Positions 8,227 to 17,858 of a DNA stretch of 38,069 nucleotides are shown here, piece by piece. The notes beneath the pieces are model-generated. The model worked only from the letters and a program-made list of their open reading frames with translations, made no database searches and was not told where the DNA came from. Both the position numbers and the translations under genes were made by a program. Each line of letters opens with the position of its first letter. Position 1 is the first letter of the stretch. Source of the DNA: Candidatus Peribacteria bacterium (GTDB lineage Bacteria > Patescibacteriota > Gracilibacteria > UBA1369 > LOWO2-01-FULL-3); the NCBI GenBank assembly GCA_943359415.1, contig CALRHQ010000001.1:1-38069 (forward strand), in the 5' to 3' direction.

Positions 8227-8955
8227 TTATTTTACAATATTTAGATTATTGGCTTTGAAATCTCCATTGTAGATAGGGATAGATAAAAAAGCCTTTGGGT
8301 CAGCCTTAAAACGAATCTCTCCTTTCTTGGATCTTTTATATATTGAAGGAAGCAAAGCTTCGTTCAATATTCTTTGCATGATACTTCCGCTATCTCCAAC
8401 GGCATTTATAGTGAAAGGTGGAGAAATATAGCTGTTATTGATCAATATGCTCGTTCCAATCGAAGAAATAGGGGATTGAGCTATAATGCGTTGATTATTT
8501 ATTGAGATAGCGTCTGCTTTTGCAGCATTCAGCATATTAACTAGATCTCTAATATCCGAAGCCTGTACAAGTAAGGCGTCAGAAATATTTGCCCCTTCTC
8601 TGGAAGCTGTAGGACTATCATCTATAACAATTTCTATACCTTCTCCTTCTACAACACTAAGTCCGATCTTTCTCTTTGCTTTATCAAGAGTTTCTATGTT
8701 TACATCCTTGGTTCTTGATTCTATAAGGCTCTGAGCTTTTTCTATTTCATTACGCAAAAACACGATTCTGCTTTGCAAATAAGACTGTTCATCCAAAAAA
8801 CTTTTCAACAAATCTTTTCTTGCATCAATTTCATCAACAGGAAAAGTATCTCCTTTTGGAACTTCAGTTTTAAATTGCCAAGTAAGAAGAAGCCCTAAAA
8901 CAAGGCCTGTTAAGGCAAACGATACTGCAAATTTTTTATTCTTATCTTCAAACAT
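8227..8955 (-). CDS. DUF881-family membrane protein (second tandem paralog)
   Basis: Same block order as the neighbour: GEGIEIVIDD, LVNMLNAAKADAISINNQRI, ISPPFTINAVGD. Start trimmed to the ATG at 8953-8955 (MFEDKNKKFAVSFALTGLVLGLLL). The track's extension to 9243 overlaps the divergent neighbour gene and looks non-coding. Confidence 0.75.
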   Translation of the reverse strand: MFEDKNKKFAVSFALTGLVLGLLLTWQFKTEVPKGDTFPVDEIDARKDLLKSFLDEQSYLQSRIVFLRNEIEKAQSLIESRTKDVNIETLDKAKRKIGLSVVEGEGIEIVIDDSPTASREGANISDALLVQASDIRDLVNMLNAAKADAISINNQRIIAQSPISSIGTSILINNSYISPPFTINAVGDSGSIMQRILNEALLPSIYKRSKKGEIRFKADPKAFLSIPIYNGDFKANNLNIVK

Positions 8956-9034
8956 TACTACGATAATATTATAACTGGCTCTGCAAAGCAATTTTTGGTA
9001 AAATTTGAACCGATCAAACACTAAGATTTGAACA

Positions 9035-10639
9035 ATGGAAAAAGAAGAAAAAATCTGTAAAAAATTAAAAGTACCGGAATCAAAATTAACACCGGAGGAA
9101 AGAATCAAACTTCTAATGTCATTTAGAAACGAGTGGAAATTATACAAAAGAAAATGTGATGCCACAGGTGAAGAAATATTAAGTGCATACCATCCTGACA
9201 GTAAATTCAAAGTATATAAAAATGAATACTGGTGGGGAGACAAATGGAATGCTTTAGACTATGGTCGTGATTTTGATTTTTCACGTGGTTTTCTTGATCA
9301 GTTCTCAGATCTTCAAAAAGTTGTTCCACGTGAAGGAACGTCTGTTTTTAATTGCGAAAATTGCGCATACAATAGCCATATTAGGGAATCTAGGAACTGC
9401 TATCTCAATTCACTTGTTTATAAATGTGAAGATATTTATTTTTCATACTGGATGGTAAACAACAAAGATGTTTTCGACTCAATGTGTATGCATGACAGCA
9501 CTCTTTGCTACGAATGTAACGAAGTAAGACAAAGCTACAATTGTATAGCATTGGGGGAATCCACAAATTGCCATGATTGCTATTTCTCCTACCAACTTCG
9601 AGGTTGCGATCACTGTTTATTTTCTTCAAATCTTAGCAATAAAAGCTATTATATTTACAACAAAAAATGCACTGAAAAAGAATTTAACGAAGAATTAAAA
9701 AAATATATAAACGGCTCTTACAAAGCATGGGAAGAAGGATGTAAAAAATATGTTGAGACAAAAGAATCGGCAATCCACAGGGCGACTCATGGCGTGAATT
9801 ACGAAAATTCAACAGGCGATCACATCTACAATTGCAAAAATTGTATAAATTGTTATGACAGTTTTGACAGTGAAGATTGCGAAAATTCGATTTCCCTAGG
9901 AAATTCAAAAGATTGCGCCTCTGTTTATTCAGCAGGCTGGCCTGGATGTAATGTGGTTTACGATTCTGTAACGACAAGGGGCTCAACAGAGATAGCTTTT
10001 TGCGTATACACATGGTTTTCCAGCAATTTACGTTATTGCGAAAGCATGAACGAATGTGACAGCTGTTTCGGATGCATAGGCTTAAATCACAAACAATACT
10101 GCATTCTAAATAAGCAGTACACAAAAGAGGAATATGAAATACTTATTCCGAAAATAATAGAACACATGGGTGAAACAGGGGAATGGGGGGATTTTTTCCC
10201 GAAGAACCTTTCCGCCTTCGCATACAATGAAACTGCCGCAATAGACTTCTTTCCTATGACAGAAGAAGAAGCAAAGAAAGAAGGATTTACATGGAAAGCA
10301 AAAGATACAAAAGAGTACAAGCCCACAGAAATAAAAAATATTCCAGACATGATCTCGGAAATAAACGATGATTTTATATCAAAAGTTTTGGCCTGCGAAA
10401 ACTGCGAAAAAAATTACAAAATAATAAATCAGGAATTAAATTTTTACAGAAAAATGGGTTTACCGATACCTAGATTTTGCCCTGAATGTAGGCATAAAAA
10501 TAGATTTGCACAAAGAAATCCAATGAAGATTTTCACAAGGAAGTGTGACAAGTGCGAAAAAGAAATAAACAGCAGTTACAAACAAGAAAGAAAAGAAAAA
10601 ATATTTTGTGAAGAATGTTACATAAATAGCATACAATGA
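9035..10639 (+). CDS. Cys-rich zinc-ribbon repeat protein of unknown function (paralog 1)
   Basis: 534 aa, about 36 Cys by my count, no signal peptide. A central run of ~12-aa C-x2-C/S units is followed by a C-terminal double ribbon: CENCEKNYKIINQELNFYRKMGLPIPRFCPECR...CDKCEKEI...FCEECY. Long conserved blocks are shared with 20335-21903. Confidence 0.8.
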   Translation: MEKEEKICKKLKVPESKLTPEERIKLLMSFRNEWKLYKRKCDATGEEILSAYHPDSKFKVYKNEYWWGDKWNALDYGRDFDFSRGFLDQFSDLQKVVPREGTSVFNCENCAYNSHIRESRNCYLNSLVYKCEDIYFSYWMVNNKDVFDSMCMHDSTLCYECNEVRQSYNCIALGESTNCHDCYFSYQLRGCDHCLFSSNLSNKSYYIYNKKCTEKEFNEELKKYINGSYKAWEEGCKKYVETKESAIHRATHGVNYENSTGDHIYNCKNCINCYDSFDSEDCENSISLGNSKDCASVYSAGWPGCNVVYDSVTTRGSTEIAFCVYTWFSSNLRYCESMNECDSCFGCIGLNHKQYCILNKQYTKEEYEILIPKIIEHMGETGEWGDFFPKNLSAFAYNETAAIDFFPMTEEEAKKEGFTWKAKDTKEYKPTEIKNIPDMISEINDDFISKVLACENCEKNYKIINQELNFYRKMGLPIPRFCPECRHKNRFAQRNPMKIFTRKCDKCEKEINSSYKQERKEKIFCEECYINSIQ

Positions 10640-11448
10640 TAGCACTATTTGATTCAGGCTACGGCGGACTTACTGTCCTAAAACCAATACTCAAGCTTTT
10701 ACCAGAGTACGACTACATGTATTTGGGTGACAGCGGCAGAGCTCCATATGGAAATCACAGCACGGAAAATATAAAAATGTTTTCAGAGCAAGCTGTAGAG
10801 TATCTCTTTAGCAAAGGAGTGACGTTAATAATATTTGCTTGCAATACGGCCTCAAGCACATCTCTTCGATATGTTCAGGAAAAATATTTGAAAGGTAAGG
10901 ACGAACAAGATAGAAAAATATTAGGTGTTCTTATTCCAGCTGCAGAAGAAGCTGTAAAAATGACAAAGAACAAACGTATCGGAGTAGTCGGAACAAAGGC
11001 TACTATAAACTCAAAAGTCTACGAAACGGAAATTCACAAAGTGAATAAAGACATCAAAGTCCAGGGAAAGGCGTGTCCACTTCTTGTGCCTCTAATAGAA
11101 GAAGGCTGGCAAAACAAACCGGAAGCTCATTCTATTCTAAAAAAATATCTTCGAGATATAAAAAACTGCAATGTAGATACACTTATTCTCGGATGTACTC
11201 ACTACCCATTAATGATAAAAAATTTCAAAAGAATATTGGGCAAAAAAATCCGTATAATCGAATCTGGAGAAGTGACAGCACAAAGCCTAAAAGGCTACCT
11301 TGAAAGACATCCGGAAATAGAGGAAAAACTATCCAAGAATGGCAAAAGAGAATTCCTCACAACAGATGATCCGGCACGATTCAAAGACTTCACAGAAAAA
11401 TACCTCGGCATGAAAATAAAAATGCCTGAGAAAATTAAACTAGTATGA
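10636..11448 (+). CDS. murI: Glutamate racemase
   Basis: FDSGYGGLTVL, IIFACNTASS and LGCTHYPL catalytic Cys motifs. ATGA overlap with the upstream stop. Confidence 0.9.
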   Translation: MIALFDSGYGGLTVLKPILKLLPEYDYMYLGDSGRAPYGNHSTENIKMFSEQAVEYLFSKGVTLIIFACNTASSTSLRYVQEKYLKGKDEQDRKILGVLIPAAEEAVKMTKNKRIGVVGTKATINSKVYETEIHKVNKDIKVQGKACPLLVPLIEEGWQNKPEAHSILKKYLRDIKNCNVDTLILGCTHYPLMIKNFKRILGKKIRIIESGEVTAQSLKGYLERHPEIEEKLSKNGKREFLTTDDPARFKDFTEKYLGMKIKMPEKIKLV

Positions 11449-11454
11449 AAGTTT

Positions 11455-13257
11455 CTACTCCCACTCGATAGTCGCAGGTGGTTTGTTTGTAATATCGTAA
11501 AATATTCCATAAACACCTTCCACTTTTGCAAGCCTTGAAGTAAGCTCGGCCAGCTTTTCAAAATCCATTCTATAGAAGTTTGCAGTCATGGCCTCTTGGC
11601 TGTTTACCGGCCTAAGAACTATGCATTCCTCAGGTCGACTATCCAAAGACAGGGGAATAAGAACAGTTGGAAATTGCCATATATCATTCAAGATATTGGC
11701 TTCTGTAATATAGTCCATGACGATCTTGTCAGCGCGTTGGGTAGTCAAAATTCTGTCAGGAGTGAGGTATTTTTTATGTATAGCCGTAGAGGTGATTTCG
11801 CTAGGTTGCAAGCACAAGAGTACGCGATTGATGTCAGCGAATTGATTAGTCAGTTGGGTAGCCAGAGTGGATAGGCTGCCCCAATCCGAAGGCTTACCTG
11901 TAAGCAAAAGTGGATGACGATAAGTCCTCTCATCTCCCTGAACTCCAACGCTCTTTATAGGAAGGATGTGGCCTTTAAAGCCTTTGTCAGCCAAAAATTC
12001 ATTGATTTTCACTTCAGCATTTTTTAGTTCTTCTGAGTAGTCGGCTTCCTTCGCACAAAGTATACGAACAGCCAGTCCAGGGCCTGGGAAAGGATGCCTC
12101 CATACAAGTTCTTTCTTGATTCCAAGTTTTTCTCCAACCATCCTCACTTCGTCTTTATAAAGTTGAGAGATAGGTTCTATAACTTTTCCTGCCTCTATTA
12201 ATTTTTGGATTTTCTCAACTCTATTGTGGTGGGTTTTGATTTTATCGGCATGTTTTGTACCGCCGGTTTCGATAGTATCCGGATAAATAGTCCCTTGTCC
12301 GAGAAGCCATTCATCTGGATTTAGCCCAAGTTCATTTGAAACTTTCTCCTGAATAGTCAAAAATAAATCACCAATGATTTTGCGTTTAGCTTCAGGCTCA
12401 TAAACTTCTTTTAGCGCATCGATATATTCCTTTCCAGCATCGTAAACATGTAAATTTGTTACTCCAAGTTCTTTTAGCGCAGCAGAAACTTCCTCTTTTT
12501 CATTCAATCTCATGAATCCTGTATCCACAAAAAGCCCGTATACTCGCTCAGCTCCTATTGCCTTACAGATGAGCGCAAACGCGACAGTGCTATCAACACC
12601 ACCACTGATCATAAGGAAGACTTTTTTATCTCCAACTTTCACTTTTATTTCAGTAATAATTTCATCAACATATGTATCAATACTCCAATCACGAGTAGCT
12701 CCAGTCATTGCCACAAAATTTTCCAAAATAATATTTCCACAAGGTGTGTGTGTAACCTCAGGATGAAACTGCATAGAATAAATATTTTTTTCATAATTCG
12801 CCATAGCCGCGACAGGGCAGTCCTCAGTAGAGGCAACCGATATAAATCCTTCTGGCAATTTTACAACCTGATCAAAATGACTCATCCAAACATCTTCATA
12901 GTCTTCAATGCCTAGAAAAACGCCTTTCTTTTCTGAAAATTTCACGTTTGCATGACCATATTCACGCACATTTCCATGTTCAACATATCCGCCAAGAAGA
13001 TGAGCGATCAGCTGATGTCCAAAACAAATTCCAAGTACCGGAACTCCGATATCAAAAATCCTTTTATCACACTTCGCGCTATTCGGATCATTCACGCTTG
13101 AAGGCCCGCCGGAAAGGATAAGTCCTTTATAATCCAAAAGTTTTTCATAAGGCGTTTCCGGATCCAAAATCTCAGTATAAACACCAAGCCTACGAATCCT
13201 ATTCGCAATCAAATGCGAATACTGTCCACCAAAATCTAAAACTGCAATCTTATTCAT
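11455..13257 (-). CDS. guaA: GMP synthase (glutamine-hydrolysing), long form
   Basis: GATase (LGICFGHQL), ATP-PPase P-loop (SGGVDSTV), and C-terminal KPPATIEWE. At 600 aa it is longer than typical bacterial GuaA. Confidence 0.95.
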   Translation of the reverse strand: MNKIAVLDFGGQYSHLIANRIRRLGVYTEILDPETPYEKLLDYKGLILSGGPSSVNDPNSAKCDKRIFDIGVPVLGICFGHQLIAHLLGGYVEHGNVREYGHANVKFSEKKGVFLGIEDYEDVWMSHFDQVVKLPEGFISVASTEDCPVAAMANYEKNIYSMQFHPEVTHTPCGNIILENFVAMTGATRDWSIDTYVDEIITEIKVKVGDKKVFLMISGGVDSTVAFALICKAIGAERVYGLFVDTGFMRLNEKEEVSAALKELGVTNLHVYDAGKEYIDALKEVYEPEAKRKIIGDLFLTIQEKVSNELGLNPDEWLLGQGTIYPDTIETGGTKHADKIKTHHNRVEKIQKLIEAGKVIEPISQLYKDEVRMVGEKLGIKKELVWRHPFPGPGLAVRILCAKEADYSEELKNAEVKINEFLADKGFKGHILPIKSVGVQGDERTYRHPLLLTGKPSDWGSLSTLATQLTNQFADINRVLLCLQPSEITSTAIHKKYLTPDRILTTQRADKIVMDYITEANILNDIWQFPTVLIPLSLDSRPEECIVLRPVNSQEAMTANFYRMDFEKLAELTSRLAKVEGVYGIFYDITNKPPATIEWE

Positions 13258-14776
13258 TTGATGGTCTCATTAAAGGAAACAAAACACTATCCTTCAAATT
13301 TTCCTGTCCTGTAAGCAATGTAACAAGTCGATCTATTCCCATTCCCCAGCCGGACATACAAGGCATTCCATGTTCCATTGCAGTCAAATATTCTTCATTC
13401 ATCATCATCGCTTCTTCGTCTCCGCCGGCTTTTGCTTTTGATTGAGCCTCGAATCTCGCTCTTTGATCAATCGGATCAACAAGTTCACTATATGCATTCA
13501 CGACTTCCCATCCATTTACCAAAAGCTGGAAAGTATCACAAATAGTTGGGTTTTCATCATTCTTTCTAGCCAAAGGTTTTGTAAGTAGGGGATGATGAGT
13601 TACGAAAGTCGGTTGTACAAGTTTTGGTCTGGAAACCTTTTTATAAAGCGCATCAACCAAATTTCCATACCCTAAAGTTTCAGCTTTTTCCAAAACTATT
13701 TTTTTCGCTTTAATAGCCTTTAGAAGACCTTTTGCATCATCAACATAATTCAATACATCGATGCCAGAGTCTTGTTCAATCATTTCTGTAAACTTCCTTC
13801 TTGGCCAAGGTCCTTTGAAATCTACTTCTACGTCTTGTCCATCCCTATCTTTCACATTTACTTTCAAAGTGCCCAAAGATTTTTGAAGTAAATACTCAAA
13901 CATTTTTTCCGTGAAAGCCATGTTGTCCTCAAAATTCCAATAAGCCGCATAATGCTCAACCATCGTGAATTCCTGCAAATGACTCGGATCCATTCCTTCA
14001 TTTCTAAAACATCTCGCAACTTCAAAAGTTTTCTCAAAACCTCCGACGATGGCCATTTTCTGCCAAAGTTCACCGGCCGCAATTCTCAAATAAACGTCTA
14101 TATCAAGCGCATTATGATGGGTGACAAAAGGCCTTGCAGAAGCTCCCGAAGAAATATTTTCCAAAATCGGAGTCTCTATTTCAGTAAATCCTTTCTCCCA
14201 ATAAAATTCACGAAGCGCCTTAATAAGCCCACTTCTGAATACAAATCTATCAAGAACAGTCCTATCCATGACAGTATCCAAATATCTTTGTCTGTATTTT
14301 TGCTCTTGATCCTGAAGCCCGTGCCATTTCTCCGGAAGCGGTCTTAGAGCCTTAGAAAGCAAAACAAAATCATGTACAAGAAGAGTCGTTTCGCCATGTT
14401 TGGTCTTGAAAAGTTCACCTTCAACTCCGACAAAATCGGCAATATCAAGTTTCTTTAAAAATGAATATCTTTCTCCGATCAAATTTTGCATGAAGCAAAT
14501 CTGGATTTTTCCGCTAAAGTCCTGAAGATTCGCGAAAGCAAGTTTTCCATGTTCTCTGAAAGTCATAAGTCTTCCACAAAGTTTTATAAGTTTTTCTGAA
14601 GGTTTTTCAAGGATTTCTTCAACATCTCTAGTCCCATCTTTTTCCGCAAGAGCTAGGGCATCTTGAGACATATGAGTTCTTTCGTATTTACCAACATACG
14701 GATTTTTTCCGTCATCTCTTAAGTCAGAAAGTTTTTTAAGCCTATCATTATATTCATTTGATTGCGCTACTGCCAT
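13250..14776 (-). CDS. lysS: Lysine--tRNA ligase, class II
   Basis: OB-fold N-domain and class II motifs (FRNEGMDPSHLQEFTMVE; GWGMGIDRLVTLLTG). Start trimmed to the ATG at 14774-14776 (MAVAQSNEYNDRL...). Confidence 0.95.
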   Translation of the reverse strand: MAVAQSNEYNDRLKKLSDLRDDGKNPYVGKYERTHMSQDALALAEKDGTRDVEEILEKPSEKLIKLCGRLMTFREHGKLAFANLQDFSGKIQICFMQNLIGERYSFLKKLDIADFVGVEGELFKTKHGETTLLVHDFVLLSKALRPLPEKWHGLQDQEQKYRQRYLDTVMDRTVLDRFVFRSGLIKALREFYWEKGFTEIETPILENISSGASARPFVTHHNALDIDVYLRIAAGELWQKMAIVGGFEKTFEVARCFRNEGMDPSHLQEFTMVEHYAAYWNFEDNMAFTEKMFEYLLQKSLGTLKVNVKDRDGQDVEVDFKGPWPRRKFTEMIEQDSGIDVLNYVDDAKGLLKAIKAKKIVLEKAETLGYGNLVDALYKKVSRPKLVQPTFVTHHPLLTKPLARKNDENPTICDTFQLLVNGWEVVNAYSELVDPIDQRARFEAQSKAKAGGDEEAMMMNEEYLTAMEHGMPCMSGWGMGIDRLVTLLTGQENLKDSVLFPLMRPSNE

Positions 14777-14853
14777 ATTTGGATAAATTAAAAAATCTGC
14801 GCCAATATTACCAGTCTTTACAGATATTCGCAAAGCCACAAGGATGCGCTTCT

Positions 14854-16227
14854 TTATTCCATTTTTGCATAATCATCAAATTTTCTTTTCGTATCCATAT
14901 CTAAAAATTTCATCTGCTCCTTTTTGAATGCAAGTTCTATGTGACCAATAGGCCCATTTCTATGTTTTCTGATAAACAAATCCGTGACACCTTTTCTATC
15001 AGTATCTTCCTCATAATAATCTTCACGATACATCATAAGAACAACATCCGCATCTTGCTCAATCGCTCCAGATTCACGCAAATCACTAAGTTGAGGGATT
15101 TTGCTTGGTCTCATCTCAACAGCACGTGAAAGCTGTGAAAGCGCCAAAATCGGAATAGAAAGATCACGAGCCAAAGCCTTCAAAGATCTTGAAATTTCAG
15201 AAATTTCTTGTACACGATTTGTCTGAGAACTATAGCTGGAATTACCGGCACTCATAAGTTGCAAATAATCAATCACAAGGAAATCCAATCCATTTTCCAT
15301 TTTAAGCCTTCTTGCCTTAGCCTTGAGCTCCGCGATAGAATTTCCGATAGAATCATCTATGAAAATTTTCATGGAATTAAGCTCATCCATGATAGATCCG
15401 ATTCTTCCAAAATCATCATCACTAAGTTTTCCAGTTCGCATTTTCCATGAATCTACTGCAAGAAGAGAGCAAAACATTCTTTCAACAAGTTGTTCCTTGG
15501 ACATTTCAAGAGAAATCAGTCCGACGCATTTACCTCTCTTTGCCACGTTTTGGGCGATATTAAGGGCAAGTGCAGTCTTTCCCATAGATGGTCTAGCCGC
15601 AAGAATAACAAGATCTGAAGGCTGAAGTCCTGACAAAAGATTATCCAAAGATTTAAATCCGGTAGGAATACCGCGATATTTTTCTTTGGCTTCAGGATCG
15701 TGCAAATCGGAAATTTTTTCATAAGTTTTATTCAAAACGTCTTTAATATGCACAAAACGATCACTCATGTACGTCTGAGAAACTTGAAAAAGTGAACGTT
15801 CGGCTTTCTCGATAAGCTCTTCGACATCTTGTTCCTCCATGTATCCAAGCCCTTTTATATTATCTCCGGCCAAAATAAGTTTTCTTAAAATAGATTTTTG
15901 TTTGACGATTGTCGCATACTGAAAAATATGTGTTGCAGTCGGAACTTCGTTTGCCAAAAGCGCCAAATAAGAAGCGCCACCAATAATTTTAAGCTCTTTT
16001 TTCTCTTCCAAAATATTCGTCAAAGTAACCAAATCGATAGGAATTCTTTTATCATAAAGATCGTTCATTGCCTGATATATAAGCCTATGAGCATCATGAT
16101 AAAAATCCTCACTTTTCACAAAATCGGAAATTTTAGTGATAGCATCCTTATCTATTAAAATAGAACCAATAGTAGATTTTTCTGCCTCCAAACTATGAGG
16201 TGGAACAAAACCGCTTCGTTCAGACAT
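14854..16227 (-). CDS. dnaB: Replicative DNA helicase DnaB
   Basis: PPHSLEAEKSTIGSIL N-terminus, Walker A ARPSMGKT, and DYLQLM / LSQLSR motifs. Confidence 0.95.
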   Translation of the reverse strand: MSERSGFVPPHSLEAEKSTIGSILIDKDAITKISDFVKSEDFYHDAHRLIYQAMNDLYDKRIPIDLVTLTNILEEKKELKIIGGASYLALLANEVPTATHIFQYATIVKQKSILRKLILAGDNIKGLGYMEEQDVEELIEKAERSLFQVSQTYMSDRFVHIKDVLNKTYEKISDLHDPEAKEKYRGIPTGFKSLDNLLSGLQPSDLVILAARPSMGKTALALNIAQNVAKRGKCVGLISLEMSKEQLVERMFCSLLAVDSWKMRTGKLSDDDFGRIGSIMDELNSMKIFIDDSIGNSIAELKAKARRLKMENGLDFLVIDYLQLMSAGNSSYSSQTNRVQEISEISRSLKALARDLSIPILALSQLSRAVEMRPSKIPQLSDLRESGAIEQDADVVLMMYREDYYEEDTDRKGVTDLFIRKHRNGPIGHIELAFKKEQMKFLDMDTKRKFDDYAKME

Positions 16228-16372
16228 AACCTTGAATTATAGAATTCTTTGCATTGCCAATTACATGCGGATCACAAGTATTACACGAAAAAATCTTCTT
16301 CTTCAACAAAGATTTTAGAAAAATTTAATATCCATGGTGTATGACTAGTCAAAATGGAATAAACCTTTACTG

Positions 16373-16744
16373 ATGGACAAGATCTCTTTCGGAAAAATAG
16401 GCGAACTAATAGCTGAAAAATTTCTTATTGCCAATAATTACAAAATCTTGCAAAAGAATGTTCATTTCAGGGAAGGGGAGTTGGACATCGTGGCTTTTGA
16501 AATAATAAAGCAGGAAATAGTTTTTGTTGAAGTAAAAACCAGATCATCCGATCTTTTTGGAGAACCGCAGGAAGCTGTAACATACGAGAAAAAGATGAAG
16601 ACGCTTAAAGCTGCGATAAGATTTTTAAATATCGCAAGAGAAATACGCTTTAAAAGTTGGAGAATCGACGTCATTGCCGTAAAATTAACAAAAGAAAAAA
16701 GATTTCTCGGAATAAAACATTTTAAAAACATTTTTGATGGATGA
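16373..16744 (+). CDS. yraN: YraN-family (UPF0102) endonuclease-like protein
   Basis: 123 aa. GELIAEKFL...GELDIVA...VFVEVKTR...EAVT pattern typical of YraN. Confidence 0.85.
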   Translation: MDKISFGKIGELIAEKFLIANNYKILQKNVHFREGELDIVAFEIIKQEIVFVEVKTRSSDLFGEPQEAVTYEKKMKTLKAAIRFLNIAREIRFKSWRIDVIAVKLTKEKRFLGIKHFKNIFDG

Positions 16745-17735
16745 TGAGCAATACAAAACACCGGAAGAGGAAGCCAAGAAAAGACGTAGAAAAATTTTAT
16801 TTCTGTTGATAATACTATTCCTTCCGATTTTGTATTATATTTGGTTCATTTTCTTGGATTTCGGAAAAGTAATGATCCATGGAGAAGCTCCATTTAAAGC
16901 CGAAATCTTCGGCGGCGAAACTTTTTATTGTAATGACTCTCCATGTGAAATTAAACAAAAAACAGGGACAGCTCAGTTGATAGTTTCAAAAGAAAATTTT
17001 CAACAAAATTTGATGGAGATAGATTTTAAATTATGGGCAAAGAGTGACTACACAGCAATATTCAAGGTAAATCCATACATTGAAAAAACTGACACAATCC
17101 CCGAAAAAGACAAAGAATTTTCATACGACATAATGTTTGATGACGAAACAAAGAGTTACAAACTTTTTGATAAATCAGATGCGGAAAAAATAGCACTGAC
17201 ATATTTTCCGGAAGAAATAAAAAATCCAAAAATTTTTGGATCAAAGTATTCTGTAATAATAGTGCGAAGCACTACCTCCGGCATATCAAGAGGGCAAAAA
17301 TCAACAATCTCATCAATACAAACTCAAGAAGCATATTTAGTAAACCTTTCCACTAAGACCAAAACGCCTCTTCCTGACTTTGATTTTTCATTCATCACTG
17401 AGTGGAAATTTTCACCTGACGGAAGTTTCTTCCAATTTCAAACTTCAGACTCAAATTACTGGTGGACAATGGACTTAAGCCAAAAAACCATAAGCACACC
17501 GACGCCAACAAAAATAGAAAACACACTAAAAACTGACTGGATTTACGGAAACAAGATAGTTTTCATAAGCCAAAATTTCAGTGCAAATATATATGATTTA
17601 AGACAAGATAAATTTGAAAATCTTGGAACATTTTCAGAGATGAAAGAATATCCTCTAAACATTATCGCAGGTGCAAACGGAGGAGTAATTTACATAGAAA
17701 CAAAAAATCAAAAATTCAGAATAATTCTTCAGTAG
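16737..17735 (+). CDS. Hypothetical membrane-anchored protein
   Basis: N-terminal basic patch plus TM (KKRRRKILFLLIILFLPILYYIWFIFL), then a beta-rich extracytoplasmic part. The first ATG is at 16737; the track starts at the TTG at 16734. Confidence 0.55.
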   Translation: MDDEQYKTPEEEAKKRRRKILFLLIILFLPILYYIWFIFLDFGKVMIHGEAPFKAEIFGGETFYCNDSPCEIKQKTGTAQLIVSKENFQQNLMEIDFKLWAKSDYTAIFKVNPYIEKTDTIPEKDKEFSYDIMFDDETKSYKLFDKSDAEKIALTYFPEEIKNPKIFGSKYSVIIVRSTTSGISRGQKSTISSIQTQEAYLVNLSTKTKTPLPDFDFSFITEWKFSPDGSFFQFQTSDSNYWWTMDLSQKTISTPTPTKIENTLKTDWIYGNKIVFISQNFSANIYDLRQDKFENLGTFSEMKEYPLNIIAGANGGVIYIETKNQKFRIILQ

Positions 17736-17858
17736 CTTTCCTGCCATCTATCAATAACATCAAGAGGACTGGCTGTGATTTTAGAAAAATTTTAAGAAAA
17801 TTTCACGATTATTTAATGTCGACCTGTCATAGTGCGATAGTTTTCTAACAAAAAAACT

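Noticed and set aside
8956-9243. N-terminal extension of the DUF881 ORF to 9243
   Set aside because: It overlaps the start of the well-supported divergent Cys-rich gene and has Phe/Ser/Leu-rich non-coding-like composition. A proper Met + TM start exists at 8955.
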